A stretch of DNA of 59,657 nucleotides, filler included, from Platydemus manokwari (lineage: Eukaryota), in the NCBI GenBank assembly GCA_037951405.1. It is 4 parts of 4 records of this genome, joined end to end, with 100 filler letters (N's around TTAATTAATTAA, not from the genome) between each part and the next. Parts side by side here need not be neighbours in the genome. Positions count along the whole stretch, not along the records: positions 1 to 21,747 come from JBBMOY011300316.1; positions 21,848 to 31,119 come from JBBMOY011273762.1; 2 more parts are not named here. The stretch is one strand, 5' to 3'. The notes below the pieces were generated by a model, which did no database searches, had not been told where the DNA came from, and worked only from the letters and a program-made list of their open reading frames with translations. Below, in pieces: positions 14,400-28,000 of the stretch. Every line of letters starts with the position of its first letter. Positions within the stretch are counted from its first letter, which is position 1. Made by a program: the position numbers and the translations under genes.

Positions 14400-16260
14400 T
14401 TTCACACCACATTTCTCAAGACTCTGAAAGTCAAGAAATATTTTGTCATTGAATTTGATTTCAATAAGATATCGGCTCGATCATTATATTATTTATCTTT
14501 GAAATGAATAATTTCAGGACTTTTATTATCTGAGGGGAATTTTACTAAAATTTCCTCAAAATGTATTTTAAACAACTACATTGATCTCGGAACCATTGGA
14601 ACCGATCTCATTGAGAATGAATGGACGTTCGCAGTTGAGAAAATAAATAAATTCATGCCATCAAAACAATAAAGTAAAATTTCGGATTATTTTGTTTGTT
14701 CTTTCTATAGTAAGATCCGATTTTTTGAATTGTTTTTCTTTCGAACGGGCAGAGATTTATCTTGGCCCATTTTTCATCTAGTTTGAGGTGTTGCTTTATG
14801 ATTAAGTTATTCTTTAAATCTTTGACTCTTCGATTTTCCACAAATTTTGTATTTGATAAATATTTTAATTATATTATAAATGAATATAAACATGGAATAG
14901 CAAAATTGATTCTAATTCTAATTTATAATTTACGCTCCAAGACAAATGATAATTTTGGGTTAAACTAGATAGGGAAAATTATTTCAACACTTTGAAAACA
15001 TCTTTTCAATGATTTTCACCATAGATCTTTCTAAAACTCTAATTCATGTATTACACAACATAATTACATAATCGCCATATCGAGTATCATTTAGATAAAA
15101 ATTGAAAACAATAAAATTCAGATTATTTTTATTCACAAGTAGGAAATTCATTTCGGTTTGAAAATTTTAAGATTATCAACGGATATAATATTTGTAATCT
15201 TTAGGTCATCTTGCCATGACATCGATTAAAAGACAAATTCATTAATATCTTAAAGAAATGTTGTTTCTCTGGCAAATTTTCACAATGGATATACAAGATT
15301 TATTAGAATTATTAATGGGATGCTTGTTTTGAAAATTTATAATTCAATAATGAAGGTTTTTGAAGTTGTTTTAGAGATATCACGTCCTAGTCTACTCCTT
15401 TTGAAATCCCATCATCACATATCATGTTACTCCTTTCAGTATTTTAGTTTGAAATTTAAATAAACATTTTTAATTTGATATTTCTCGGTCTTTAACTGAT
15501 GTTGTCTATTAAACACAATCAGATATGCTGGAATGCAGATATTTGAAAATTTAAAACAAAAAAATACACACCGACGGATGACATAATGGATCAGTTGACA
15601 ATCTCCAAATTGCACTTCATCTTGTTGTATGTCTATAATTGTCCACTAAAATGTTGATGACAATTATGATTGAACAAATTAGTTTGATTAATTTATCAAA
15701 TAAATTAAGTAAAACATTCTATAAAATTCTCCTGAATAAGCTCCTTGGAATTCATTGGAAAAATATTTCAAAATTTCTTACAATTTGACAAAACTTTTCT
15801 TTTACTTCAACGACCAAGTTTTTAATTTTATAGCTAAACGATTAAATATTTTGTTTTACCCTTTAAAAATAGCTTAACCTTTTGTTCTCTAATTTTTGTA
15901 GATCAATACTGTCAAACTGACACATTCGATCATATTCTCAAAACTTTTCTTCCAATAAAATTCTCCAATCTTACGGATATAATTCTTGATCCGATTCCTG
16001 GTTCAATTGAGTTTTAATAATTCTTTCTACATTCATTTCTTCAATAGTGATAGAGTCAATAACTTTTAGGAGCCATTTCCCAATATTTATCTTTGAAATT
16101 TATTCATTATGGATATTTAATTCGAAAAATTAGATTAGGTCATCTAAAAATTTCGAAAATGACAAATATCTTTTATCGATTTGGATTTACGGTAATTGAG
16201 GAAATTTTTCGATTATAAAGAATATTTATTAAAAAGGATCAAATATTTTATTATTCGAAA
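14400..16260 (-). mobile_element. Highly decayed non-LTR (LINE) reverse-transcriptase relic
   Basis: RT-like motif remnants occur in the expected order on the minus strand: EPGIG (~16000), IFKG (~15865), FQGAY (~15745), VQFGD (~15605) and AY(A)D-like (~15525). There are many stops and frameshifts. Confidence 0.4.
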
Positions 16261-16833
16261 TATTTCTTAAACTTATTTTGATAGTTAGAATAAGTGATTA
16301 TTAAAATTACTGACTGAAAAAAGTTTTTGCTAACGATGACTAACAAGGAAACCAGTCTGTCACTGCACATTATGTATTAATTTATTGTCAAAAATTCCAT
16401 TATAAAATTATGAAAGTCCTGAGATTGATCATGGGGTTTTTACTATAAATCTTTTCTTAATAGTTGTAATAAAAATTTGAAATGATGTATAAACTGAGAC
16501 CAGTTGATGTTAGCGTAAGCATCCAAAGGTAAATGATGATATTAACCAAGTTAACTAGAAACATAATACAAAAAATAATTAAAAATATCGAAGCATTTTA
16601 GATTCAGATATAACTAGTTTAAGTTTTCGTAGTCGGCAATGATAAGTTGAATTAGAAAAATATTTTGTACATTATAATTAATTATTTTATAAGTTATGTA
16701 ATACGATTTCTCCGTTAACACAGCCAATCAAATTTAACCATATTTGTTAGATTGATATAGAAAAATTCAAAATACGAAATTTTAAAATATTTTAGTGTAG
16801 TTAAACGAAGTAAAATACTAATAACCAACTGTA

Positions 16834-16890
16834 AATGATGTTTTGATTTTCTGTCATAATGATGTTTTGATTTTCTGTCATAATGATGTT
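16834..16890. repeat. 24-bp tandem repeat x2.4
   Basis: aatgatgttttgattttctgtcat occurs exactly twice, plus a partial copy. Confidence 0.9.
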
Positions 16891-18539
16891 ATGAGAGTTT
16901 GATTTTATTGTAATAATAATACAATATTTTCAAGCATCCAACATCTGTAGTAAAAAATAAAAAAAAATCTATCATCATTAATAATTGGACAGAAAACAAA
17001 GACTATATTAAATAATATGAAACGAATTTATTTTTATTCTTTAAGTCCGCCAGTAAAATATTTTCTATGATTATCAGAATCACGTTGTTTCTCAAAAGGT
17101 GATAGGCAATTTTGAGTAGCCTATATAAAATATTGAACAATTGAATTTCGATTATTTATGGTACTCAATGAACACAGTTACTCTCACGAATTTGAAACAA
17201 TAACAGAATTTAGGACAAATCCTTGTAATAAAGACAGCAACTTCAATATATTAGTCATTTTATATTTATCAGAATATTTACGTTTGAACCTTATTAAATT
17301 CGTCAAATGTTGAGCAAATTTCAAAAAATTGATAAATTTCTATCTTTCTATCAGCTAATCACTGTCGAATAAATTTTTAGCGCCATTAAAATAAACCTTT
17401 GTTATGTATTAAAAATTAAATAATTATAGTCAAGGTTCCTATAAATCTTGGATGTCACCATTATCTTGTTGATGAAATTATATTATAATTATTAAGTGAA
17501 AGATTAAAATATTTTCAAAAAATCTATATCAAATCCTTATCAACTTGAAAACTCGATTTATTCATTAAAATACTATATATAGTCATTGCTTGATATTTGT
17601 AATATAAGGTTCGACGACTCTATGGACTTTGCAACTGTCCCAGCTTATAAGACAATAATCAATTAAAATATATTTAGCTGATGTGTGTGCGTGTGTGTTT
17701 AGCTTTAGCACAGATTTATACCATGGGGGATAATCTGATTGGAACAAAATAATGTTAAAAGAGATGAAGTTAAATGAAGTGGTTTGTTTAACAAATTTGT
17801 GATTCATTGGATGATGGATGATACTCGAAATCGGTATATTGGTAGACCAATACTATCAATTCTCACAATTACTTTAGGGCCAATAAACTTCTATGAATTT
17901 AGTCACAATTTTAAGGGATACTTAAGGAAGTAGATCACAATTTATTCAATCGTTTTAAGTGGTCAACCTTAACATTGTAAATAAATTGAAATTTCTACAG
18001 ATTTCTAAAGTGTTAAGATATTATCAATTATTTATTGAAACAATATTATCTCCAGTATGTGTAAACAACGAAATATTATACGAACTTATTATTTCGCCAC
18101 TAACATATCAATCATTATTATAGCGGCGTTAAATATCTCAATTTTATAAACAAATACACATTTAGTCATCATTTGAAATGATTAGATTTAATATCATATA
18201 ACTCTGGTTGAGAACTAGAAGTTATTAATAAATCTATGTTTTACTGTCATTGGGTGTTGTATTGCCGATTGATCTGGTGTCTACTGTTCAATTATTTAAG
18301 GTAAAGAACGCCACTTATTTAAATAGTTAAATTTCATCCTTTTGGTTTGAATCTTTTTTTGTAATGTTAAATCAGAATTGTTTTTTGTCTTATATTGCAT
18401 ACCAGATAAATGAGAAGTGTTTAATTTATCTTGTTACATTTTTGTGATGTTTCAATCAATATTTAATAAATTATATTTGGAATCAACATTAGACAAAATA
18501 ATATTCAGATTTGCTATGGTAAAAGTATACACCGAAATG

Positions 18540-20175
18540 TAGCTTGACAAAAGGGTCTCAGTGTCATATACCGAATGGTACTCCTGAGATCAGATTGATA
18601 AATATGTATCAACACGTGTTATGTTGAATGATTGTCTGTTTATCAATTGCTATGTTGAAGAATTAATCACAAATGGAGTCAATCTCATTTAAGTAGGTGT
18701 CAGCACCTATGAGGGTCACATCGTATAAAACCGTCCTTGCTCCAATAAGCGTATGAAACCAACATTGGACGACACTAGTATTCTACTCATTCTGTGAAGG
18801 CTTACTTGACCCAACGAGCAGTGACGAATTCTTAAATGAAGCTGAAACCAAAGCGAGAAGAATATGCAACATACTCAAGTACGAAAACGTGCTTTGGAAA
18901 AATTCAAAGATAAGAAGAAACTTCTACAATAAGAATCAGTGACAATTGCAAACGAATAACTTTGATATACCATAAATATGCATTGGCAGAGAGTTAGAAT
19001 GATTAGAAGAAAATGTAAAAAATATTCACAAGATTCGATTAACCACTTAACTGGGATTTGAACGGTCACTGCAGAATATCAGGATGGCCATATCCTCTTC
19101 ACAGAAAGAGACATGATGGCCTCGTGTAAAAAAGAATTTCAATATTGAAAAATTTTAGTACTCGATCCTTTTATTGGCAGAGCTTTCGGGACTCGATGAG
19201 GTAGAATATACTCTGGAATTCCTGTCATTACAGTACTTCAACACCAGAGCAATCATCTTTTGCCAATTTCTGATGAAACCTAAACCCTAGATTCAAGTGA
19301 CAATATTTGTAACAAAAAAGTTAATTCAATTGTTGGACCCTAGAGGTGATGATATGGATGATGAAAAAAAACTTCCTCAATAATTCAAATAGAAATATTT
19401 CCACAATGAAAAGTTGCAAAGATGGAGTAAAAGAAATCGAGCCTACAAAGACCTGATTACTATTATGTAATTTTGGAGAAAGGTGGCCACTTGTATGTGG
19501 ATATATGCTGAACACAAAACATAACCTTGAAGTGTTAAGAATAAACATAACGAAAATAAAGAAAAAGGCAATTAATGCATGCTTCGAAAATGAATGAAAG
19601 GTCAAGAGAGGGGAACAATTAATGTAAATTCCTGATAATTGCCTAAAAAATACATTTGAAATCAGGAAATCATTAGCGGAAAGACCGGCCAACCACGTTA
19701 TAAATGAAACATTAGATGAAATGTTTAGTAAATACTGTGAATTCATTCGCTGTTTGGATAATTAAATAACCAAATATCCCGTACTTGGATAGAGTCAATG
19801 ATGAAACTTGGAACTAAATAGACTGTTTAGCTACGCAATATATAAAAGTTATTTGTTAGCCTACTATAAATGACTTCGAAAAGCATTTCAAGGAAAAACA
19901 GAAGCAAAAAACAAATGGTCCTGAAAGGGAAAGATCGTCCAAGAGAGTATGTAAAAATTATTGCTCACTAAAGAAAGTTACTGAAAGGGGCATGACCTGG
20001 ACTTTAACAAAATACAACCCGATACAATTTAGGCAACTATATGCAAAAAGAACCAAAGTGCTCTTGGAAAAAAATATCAACTGTAAAGAAATTCTATATG
20101 CAAATCCAGAAATTTCTAGATAATCGAGAAATACCAGAGGAATGGAAAATATATACCATATAGATTCCATATTTT
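18540..20175 (+). mobile_element. Decayed NeSL/R2-group (RLE) non-LTR retrotransposon fragment with a Ulp1-like (C48) protease, truncated at the start of RT
   Basis: The frame from 18721 reads KTVLAPISV*NQHWTTLVF..LLDP..QLQTNNFD, matching the Ulp1 H/D/Q-x-N-x-x-D(CG) layout. Downstream are KYNPIQFRQLYAKRTKVLLEK (~20010) and KFLDNREIPEEWKIYTI*IP (~20110-20170), typical pre-RT motifs of R2/NeSL elements. Confidence 0.7.
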
Positions 20176-21747
20176 AATGCATGGGCATCTCGATCATCAT
20201 TGTTTATGAATAAATATTTGTACAGATATAACTATAGGCATTTTCGAACTTTTGTACATAACTTATAATAATCAATATTTGATATATAAACTGTCATAAG
20301 ACGGTAGTTAGGATTGCCAACAAAACCCAGTCAATAAATAGATCCTTTACACCCCTTACCCAAAATCTTACACATGCGCACACCAAAATAGCATATTAAG
20401 GGACTCAATGAGAGACTGGAAAATTTATCTCTTTTATTGAACATTGAGAGCTAAACAACATACATACAGCAATCAGCGTGCAGCTCCCCAAACACATAGA
20501 AAACTACAGTGTAATGAAGGCATCTCAAATATCTCTATTAGATCGACACTAAGTCCAAGTTGCTTATCTGATGTGCATTTTATTTTCTCATCCATTAGTC
20601 ATTTATGGTGTGCTCAATAAAGGTTTCTATGTTGTTGTTGTTACTGAGTTAATAAACCCTGCAGTGTCAGATAATTTCTTGTATTACACGCAATGAGCAG
20701 TAGCATGTTAAAGTTCAAAATAATTTGCTGCAGTAATCTCGTCACAAAACCTGCTTAATTTAAGACAACCGTAGAGACAATATAATAGAATATGAAATTT
20801 GAAATGGTGTCACAAGGGGCATTGAATATAAACACCTAGGAATAATTGCTACAAACCGGAAAAAAGAAATAAGATGCAAGATTTATTTCACAAAGTTAAA
20901 CATCATTGGAGTATTTAGAGTTATATTATTTTCCCACTAATTTAGCCCAAATAGTTGTACCATCATCATAAATATTGGATTCACAACTTTTGTCATTGGA
21001 TCTACATTTCACTGAAAATATAAAATATATAATGAAAACAAAAGATAAAGAAATTTGAAGTTGTTTTCCTAAATGTTTACGTACAAATCTTTAACAAGCC
21101 TGATAGGGTGTTCACGGTTTTGTACTACTTTCTAGGAATCAGCATCGACTAAGATTACAAATCCACTGTTTCATGATGTCTGTTAGATTAGACGGCCACT
21201 TTATTTGACTCAAGTTCTACCTACATTCAAGCCGGGATATCTATTTTGATAGCATTTTGGTTTTATTTCAACTCAATCTACATACTACATATAAAGCATG
21301 TTATATCTTTTCCTCGGTCATGATCTAATTTGATTATGAAAATGATTTGATAAATCTTAGATGACATAAAGGTCTTATTTATAATGCCAAATTGAAAATA
21401 TTTGGTAAAATATCGAAATTTTTTATTTTCAATGAATCAATATTTTGACTTAATTCTTTAATTAAATGAACTAAGTAACTGATTAACTATTTATGCATTT
21501 ATTTAAAATTAAGATTAAAATAATCAATTATTTAAATTATTTTCATTGATTATATAAATAAATTAAAATATAATAATTAAAGTATTAAAAATAAATTAAA
21601 TATTTTTATAGTACTCTCTTTCTATAATAATTTCTATAATAATTTTTTATTTTTACTATATTTAATCTGGGAATTTCAGATTCTATTGAGCTAAAAGCAA
21701 ATTAACTTAAACTTAGGAATAAACATGAATATCAATATATTCATGAT

Positions 21748-21847
21748 NNNNNNNNNNNNNNNNNNNNNNNNNNNNNNNNNNNNNNNNNNNNTTAATTAAT
21801 TAANNNNNNNNNNNNNNNNNNNNNNNNNNNNNNNNNNNNNNNNNNNN
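21748..21847. other. Assembly gap with artificial six-frame-stop linker
   Basis: N44-TTAATTAATTAA-N44. Confidence 0.98.
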
Positions 21848-22249
21848 AAAATTGTTAATAAACATACTTACCTTATTACACAATCATTACATAATTTGCT
21901 CTTTCTTACATATTCAAGTTTATATACCCATTTTTAATGTTGAAATTTGAGACGAAAATGGGAGCATTATACTTGGGTGATTACGGTAATTTAAATGGGT
22001 AAAGAAATGAGGACAAGTATCATTACAATTAAAATATATTCTTGTTAAAATAGAATGAACCAATTTATTAAAAACACTATTTTACTCTGCCATTTATACT
22101 TGAACACAGTTTCGAAATCGAAAACCATAATTTGGATATTTTTTTAAAAAAGGCAAAATTTATTCTCAGTAGATTATTTTGAAAATTGATGCTTGATTGA
22201 AAAACATTAGAGGAATATCAAAAATTGTGAATTCCATCTGATATACGAT

Positions 22250-22950
22250 AAGATAATGTTATTCCTCATTACTATTTCCTAACGAAATATAAGATGGAAT
22301 AATTTAGATTATGAGAGCAAACTCACAGTCAAATTATAGATGAACTTAATTATATACTCCTATTATAATTATCATTGTATTGCGAATAAATTATCGTTAC
22401 CAAGTACATATTGATTATTCGGATGAGTTAGACTTACAGAAATGTTGTTTTAATTTCGTAGCTCTGTGAATGCTTTGCCATCTATACTTTAAATTTTCTA
22501 CTAAACATCTGAAAGCCTATGTATTTTACAAAACTTGACTCATTCGATAATTGTGCGTAGATTGTAGGGAGTTACCATTGAACTTATTGGGTCATCAATA
22601 AAGCTTCTTTACTGACGCAAACACTTAATGGTAATGTCAAGATTTTTTAAGAATTTTAATATGAGTTTATGATAAAACAATATTAAATTCATTGACAATG
22701 GCCTAGTTAATCGCCCATATTATTTGAATGCCATCAAAATGATACCATGTGAATCACTGGTCCACAAATTTTCTCCTTGTAATAAAAATACAAGTCTTCC
22801 TCTGTATTTCGTGCTTCTATTTCCATATTAAGATCTTTCTGCGTCCTCGATATGAGAATGCCTTCTGAAATATAATGTATATCCTGTTGAAAGATCATTG
22901 CTAAGAATTTATTAGAGAAACAAATTAACATAAACTTATTATTTTAAAAG
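22250..22950 (-). mobile_element. Possible decayed Gypsy integrase fragment
   Basis: Only weak motif remnants (MGD*LG, IDGKAF) in heavily interrupted frames. Confidence 0.25.
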
Positions 22951-23126
22951 TCCTTCGCGTTAAGTATCACGCATACAACATTATTTTATTAAGAGACTTC
23001 GTTTTGTAAAAGCAATTTCGAATTATCATATAAATAAATTTTTATATAAACTGTTGTTCGAATATTTTAACATTATACATCGGTTCCGATCATAGGAGAT
23101 GGATTTTACTATATGATTGGGATTTA

Positions 23127-23341
23127 CTGTAAAATCCCGAGTATAAGCTGCAGCTCGTATTAGCTGCAGATGACATTTTTTGATGGTTTTGAGGAGTGTG
23201 ATGTTGAAAATTGAAATAAATAATCTCATCTTCGATTTGAAATGTTTTTTAGTTGTATAAGCTGCATATCATATTAGCTGCAATTCAAAAATGTTGCCGT
23301 TATGTACGTATTAGCTGCAGCTTATACTCGGGATTTTACAC
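23127..23341. mobile_element. MITE of the Tc1/mariner superfamily (Tc2/pogo-like TIR), 215 bp, TA target duplication
   Basis: Perfect 28-bp TIRs (TGTAAAATCCCGAGTATAAGCTGCAGCT at 23128-23155, reverse complement at 23313-23340), TA on both flanks, and internal repeats of TAT(A/T)AGCTGCA. Confidence 0.92.
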
Positions 23342-25093
23342 TAATTATTTGAGTTTTTAATATTAAATTATTTAATTATAAATCGAGTTAGTTAACTATA
23401 GACATGTTTAATGCTATCATAGCTTATTTTATAATGTAATTTTTAAAATTGATAGTATGTCTCAATTTGATTTAAATGTTAATAAAAGGAATCCTCACTG
23501 ATTTCCAATAAATTGCAATTCAACCTCCTTTGATCCGTTTTCCAAATAATTAAATTTTAGGATATTTTGAAGTTCTAATGTATTTAATATTTAATTTCAA
23601 ACATCTAAAATACTTCTTAAGTACTTAAATAAAAAATTCAAAATATTTTTAAAGAATATAATATTGAATAAAGTATATAGATTATTGCAACACTCAATCA
23701 ATTTAAAATTTTACTTTAGAACCCATTTTTTAATTTTAGAAGTATAATTAAATAATCTTTATTCGCGTCTTTTCTTAGAATTCAATGAAAATTCAAAGTG
23801 ATGAGAAATTATTCTAGTTGAAATTTCATCTTCAAAAATTCTATAAATAATAGAATGATGCAAATTTATTTTGAGGAAAAATTTTTATCTTTGAAAATTG
23901 TTTATTAAAAATGATCTTCATTAAAACGACAGGAATACGTATTTGCTAACCATGAAGACACTGTAATTGTTAATGATTTTATTTTCGATATTCTTTTTAT
24001 CATAATAACTATATTGGGAAGACATTAAAGAAAAAGTTGATGATTTATAATAATGCAGTATCGTTCTCAAAATTTAATGTATTCTTCTTGTGAAGTTACT
24101 TGAATCATATTATAAGTTCTTAGACAGCATAATTCTAAGAATAACTTTTTTCCTTTTTAATTATCCATCTAATATATAGACTTACTAACTACTTAAGTAT
24201 TCAATATATAACATAAAAGCATAAAAGATAATAACCGAACTACTTTAAATATTCATATCGTTTGCAGTATATATGGATATTAATTCATGCTGATAGATCA
24301 AATGACTGTTTTCTTTATACGTTTTCATTTCGTTCCATTCATAACATAATAAAATTATGTTTGTGAATAAGCTCTTAAATATAAATAGCCATTAGTCATA
24401 TATATATGCGTGTGTGTATATATAGTATCGAATATGATATTATTATTAATTAAGTTATTATTTCGATATGTATTGCAATAAATATATAATTAAATATAAA
24501 ATAATTTTTTTCAAAATGATAAAATAATAATTTCAAAATTTTCCTATCCAGCGCTCTCTCTAATTTTCTCTTTAATTCCCAATAATGTTTAGAATTATCA
24601 TTATCGATAATCCATTAAGACTGTTTGTCAAAATATCAAATTAGCCATGTATGACTTTTTTTTTATCAGAAATTGTTCCATTTACTTTCTAATATATCTC
24701 AGTAATTTCTGTCAACATTCTCAGTAATTATTAACATTTTTCAAAAAAGGAATAAATACAAATAGAAAAATATGTGTATTCTTGTATAAATTTCGTCATG
24801 TTCTTCAACAATTTTCTTAACTTAATGGAGTTTTACAAAAAGTTTCATAATTCCAGATTCCTTAAAATTATAATCGGAAAAATCGTAAATTGCAAATGAT
24901 TCAAGAATCTTCCTTTTGTGAAAATTTATTCTCTACTATCATTTTATTTCAATGATCAAATGACTATTTTCCAGATATTTGATAACATTTTGAACATTGA
25001 CATTCTATTTAATATACTAGAAGGAAATATTGACAAACTCAACTGCATAAACACACTTAAAATTTGGTTAATTTTTCCACAATAAAGTTTCGA

Positions 25094-28000
25094 TTAAGTT
25101 TCTGTATTCAAATTTGGCTTGATTTCATTATTAGATAAAAATATTTTCATGAAAATGTTTGTCTGAAATGAAGCATAATAAACTTATTTATCTATTGTTA
25201 TCATTTAATTACAACATTTTCTCATGGAGCTCTGGTTTGCATTTATCAGCACGCAGTTTTCCACAAGTGAATTTTGTCAATTACAGTTTTGGTAAATTTC
25301 ATACAAATAATGTGAGGAAACTTTAAAGGACCAAATTCAATAAGTTAATAATAATTTAATTAAAAAATTTAAATAATAATTTCAAAAATTAAAAAAAAAC
25401 TATTTAGATATTTTATTAAATTATTAAAAAAATCAACATTAAATAATTTTAAATAATACAAGTATATTTATCTATTTATATGTCTGATTAAGATCAGCAA
25501 TAAAAGCTCTCTGGAAAATGATTAAGATTCATTTAAAAAAATTATTTTGTTTGTATTAATAAATAATTTACGAATATCGTATAAATGAATTCTTCCATTG
25601 AATCTTCAATTTTCAACGAGGTAACTAGCACTAACACATAATATATAAGGTCGTTCTACTTACTTTTTTCGATACATTTGAAACCAATTGAAGCTTGTGA
25701 CAGAAAAATGGTAGAAAAATTTCAATGAATATTTTTTGACTGCTGCTTAAGTTCTCTTCTGAAACAATCGCAAAAAAAACTTGCTGAATTTATATTGAAT
25801 TTGCGTTAAATACCTGAACTAGTTTCTTTCACCATGGTAACCAATGCATATTTAACTTGAGCTAAAAGTTCTATAAGGCACATTTTGACAATTTTTCTTT
25901 CCAATCTTTGACTGTCAACGGCGAGCAATGATCTAGAATTCACACTTTGTTTAGAATTTTTAATTTATTATGAATATCAAATAAAATCATTATTAGAGAG
26001 AGAGCTATATCAGTTTTACTATAAAAACAATGGAAAACAACAACTCAACAAACAATCTATAACAAACAATGGAGAATATAATACAAACAAGTAGAATATT
26101 ATTAACAAAAGTTTCTCCCGATACATTCATTCGTTGATTATTTAATTATATTCTCTATTGACTAAAGGTAATCAATGAATTTGAATTAGAGATAATCATT
26201 AAAGAAACAATATTTTCCGAAAATTTATCAAATAGTGCGACATAATAATTATGTATTAATTTTATCATTTGGCTTTTCATTAAATTCAACATGTTAGGTT
26301 TTTAATTCAACTCTCTTTTAAATCAATTCGATACTCATAAAATATAAATTGTAATTTATTATCTATATAAATAAAAATGTGAATGTTCGTTTGTTTAAAA
26401 TCGAAAATCTTTGAAGATTTTTCACTGAAAGCTTTGAAATTTTAAACAAAAGTTGCATTCGAATACAGAAGTGTTTTTTAACAGTCACATATTAGACATC
26501 TATATAATTTTGATTTAATCATTTCATCTTTTCTTCATTAATGTGCGTTTGAATTTAAACATTTTCTTAATCTATATGTGATGTTTATTTAAAAAATACG
26601 GCAAATAACTGAGATAATATAATATCAAAAATTTTAAAAATTTAATCAAAAGATATTGTAAAATATTATGTTAAAAAATAGATTATTTTAAAGTTTAGAA
26701 AAACCAAGGAACTTGAGAAACAAAACTGTTTAACTCTCAATATTAAAACTATTAAAAGCAAATTGAATTTTTGTAAAAAAAAACTAGAATATAAAATGTG
26801 GGAATTTTTATATTTTGATAAAAAAAATGAAGATAAATCTGATGTGACAAATTTTAATAAAAATATGTTTGAAATGTAATGTAATAGATAATATGTTGGT
26901 GCTATCAAAAACATGACTTCTGACTTAAATTTTGGCAACTAACAGTATATATGTAAAAGCATGAACTAAAATACTATTTAATTAAACCAGTTCGAGCCAC
27001 ATCGATGCGTGCCTGATATATCTTTTAAATTTGAAAACATTTGAGAGTGGTTTAAATGATTTAATAATTCTTAACACAATTATCCATAGCTTTGAAATTC
27101 ATTCAATCTTATCAGAACATAAATCACATAGTCAATTGGGATATCAGTTTAATGTAAGCTCATCATCGATTATGTAATAATTTATAATGGCTTATAATAT
27201 TTTACGATTCTTTTGAATTTCATACACTTAGCCTATGCGAAATAATCAATCAACTGGCTTAAAACGCCTTCATATAAATGTAACAACAATATCAGTGAGT
27301 TGGAGAAACAAAAACATAACGTATCAGATGAAAAAAAATGATTGATTGAAATATTCTATATTGCAAACATTTTTGTCCAACGAGAATTTGAAAACAAATA
27401 TATTTAAGTATAGAGTCATACAGAAATTATCTGAATAAAATGAAGTACGAAGAAACTCTAGAAAATATTTCAATATTAAATATATAAATGTGGGAATTAA
27501 TCCACTGGATTAGAGTTTATTTTTAATAATCAAAGTAAATCGATAATGAATAGTGACTTGGCTAAAAGTGTCCCCCAGCACTGTCTACTCTCTAACATTA
27601 CTTTCTCAAGAAATTTCTTCCCGTATATAACAAGTAATGCGTTAATGTAGTGTGGTAATTAGGAGTGAAGATTATAAAATACAAGAAAACATCAAAATAA
27701 GTAAAGAAAAGTAACTTGAAGGAACTTAAAAAAGAACACTGACAGTTTGATTTTGAAAATTAAGTTTCAAATCAAAATCATGAAACCTTTATAGAAAATA
27801 AAATAGAGTATTACTATATTATAACAATGGGATATTTGTTTATATATTTTAAAAAACAAAATCGAAAACAATTGTAAACCAAACCCTAAGAGATTTTCAA
27901 TAAAATTCGTAACTTGACAATAACCTTGAAATTTAATAAATCAAACTTCATATTTCTAATAATTAAAATAAAACTATAACTAGTTCAGTCATTAGACAGA

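Noticed and set aside
19321-20170. Minus-strand hydrophobic ORFs 19321-19746 and 19958-20170
   Set aside because: They are antisense shadows of the A-rich plus-strand retrotransposon relic.
21792-21803. TTAATTAATTAA repeated three times as a possible biological motif or CRISPR-like repeat
   Set aside because: It is always centred in N-runs of identical length, so it is an artificial linker.
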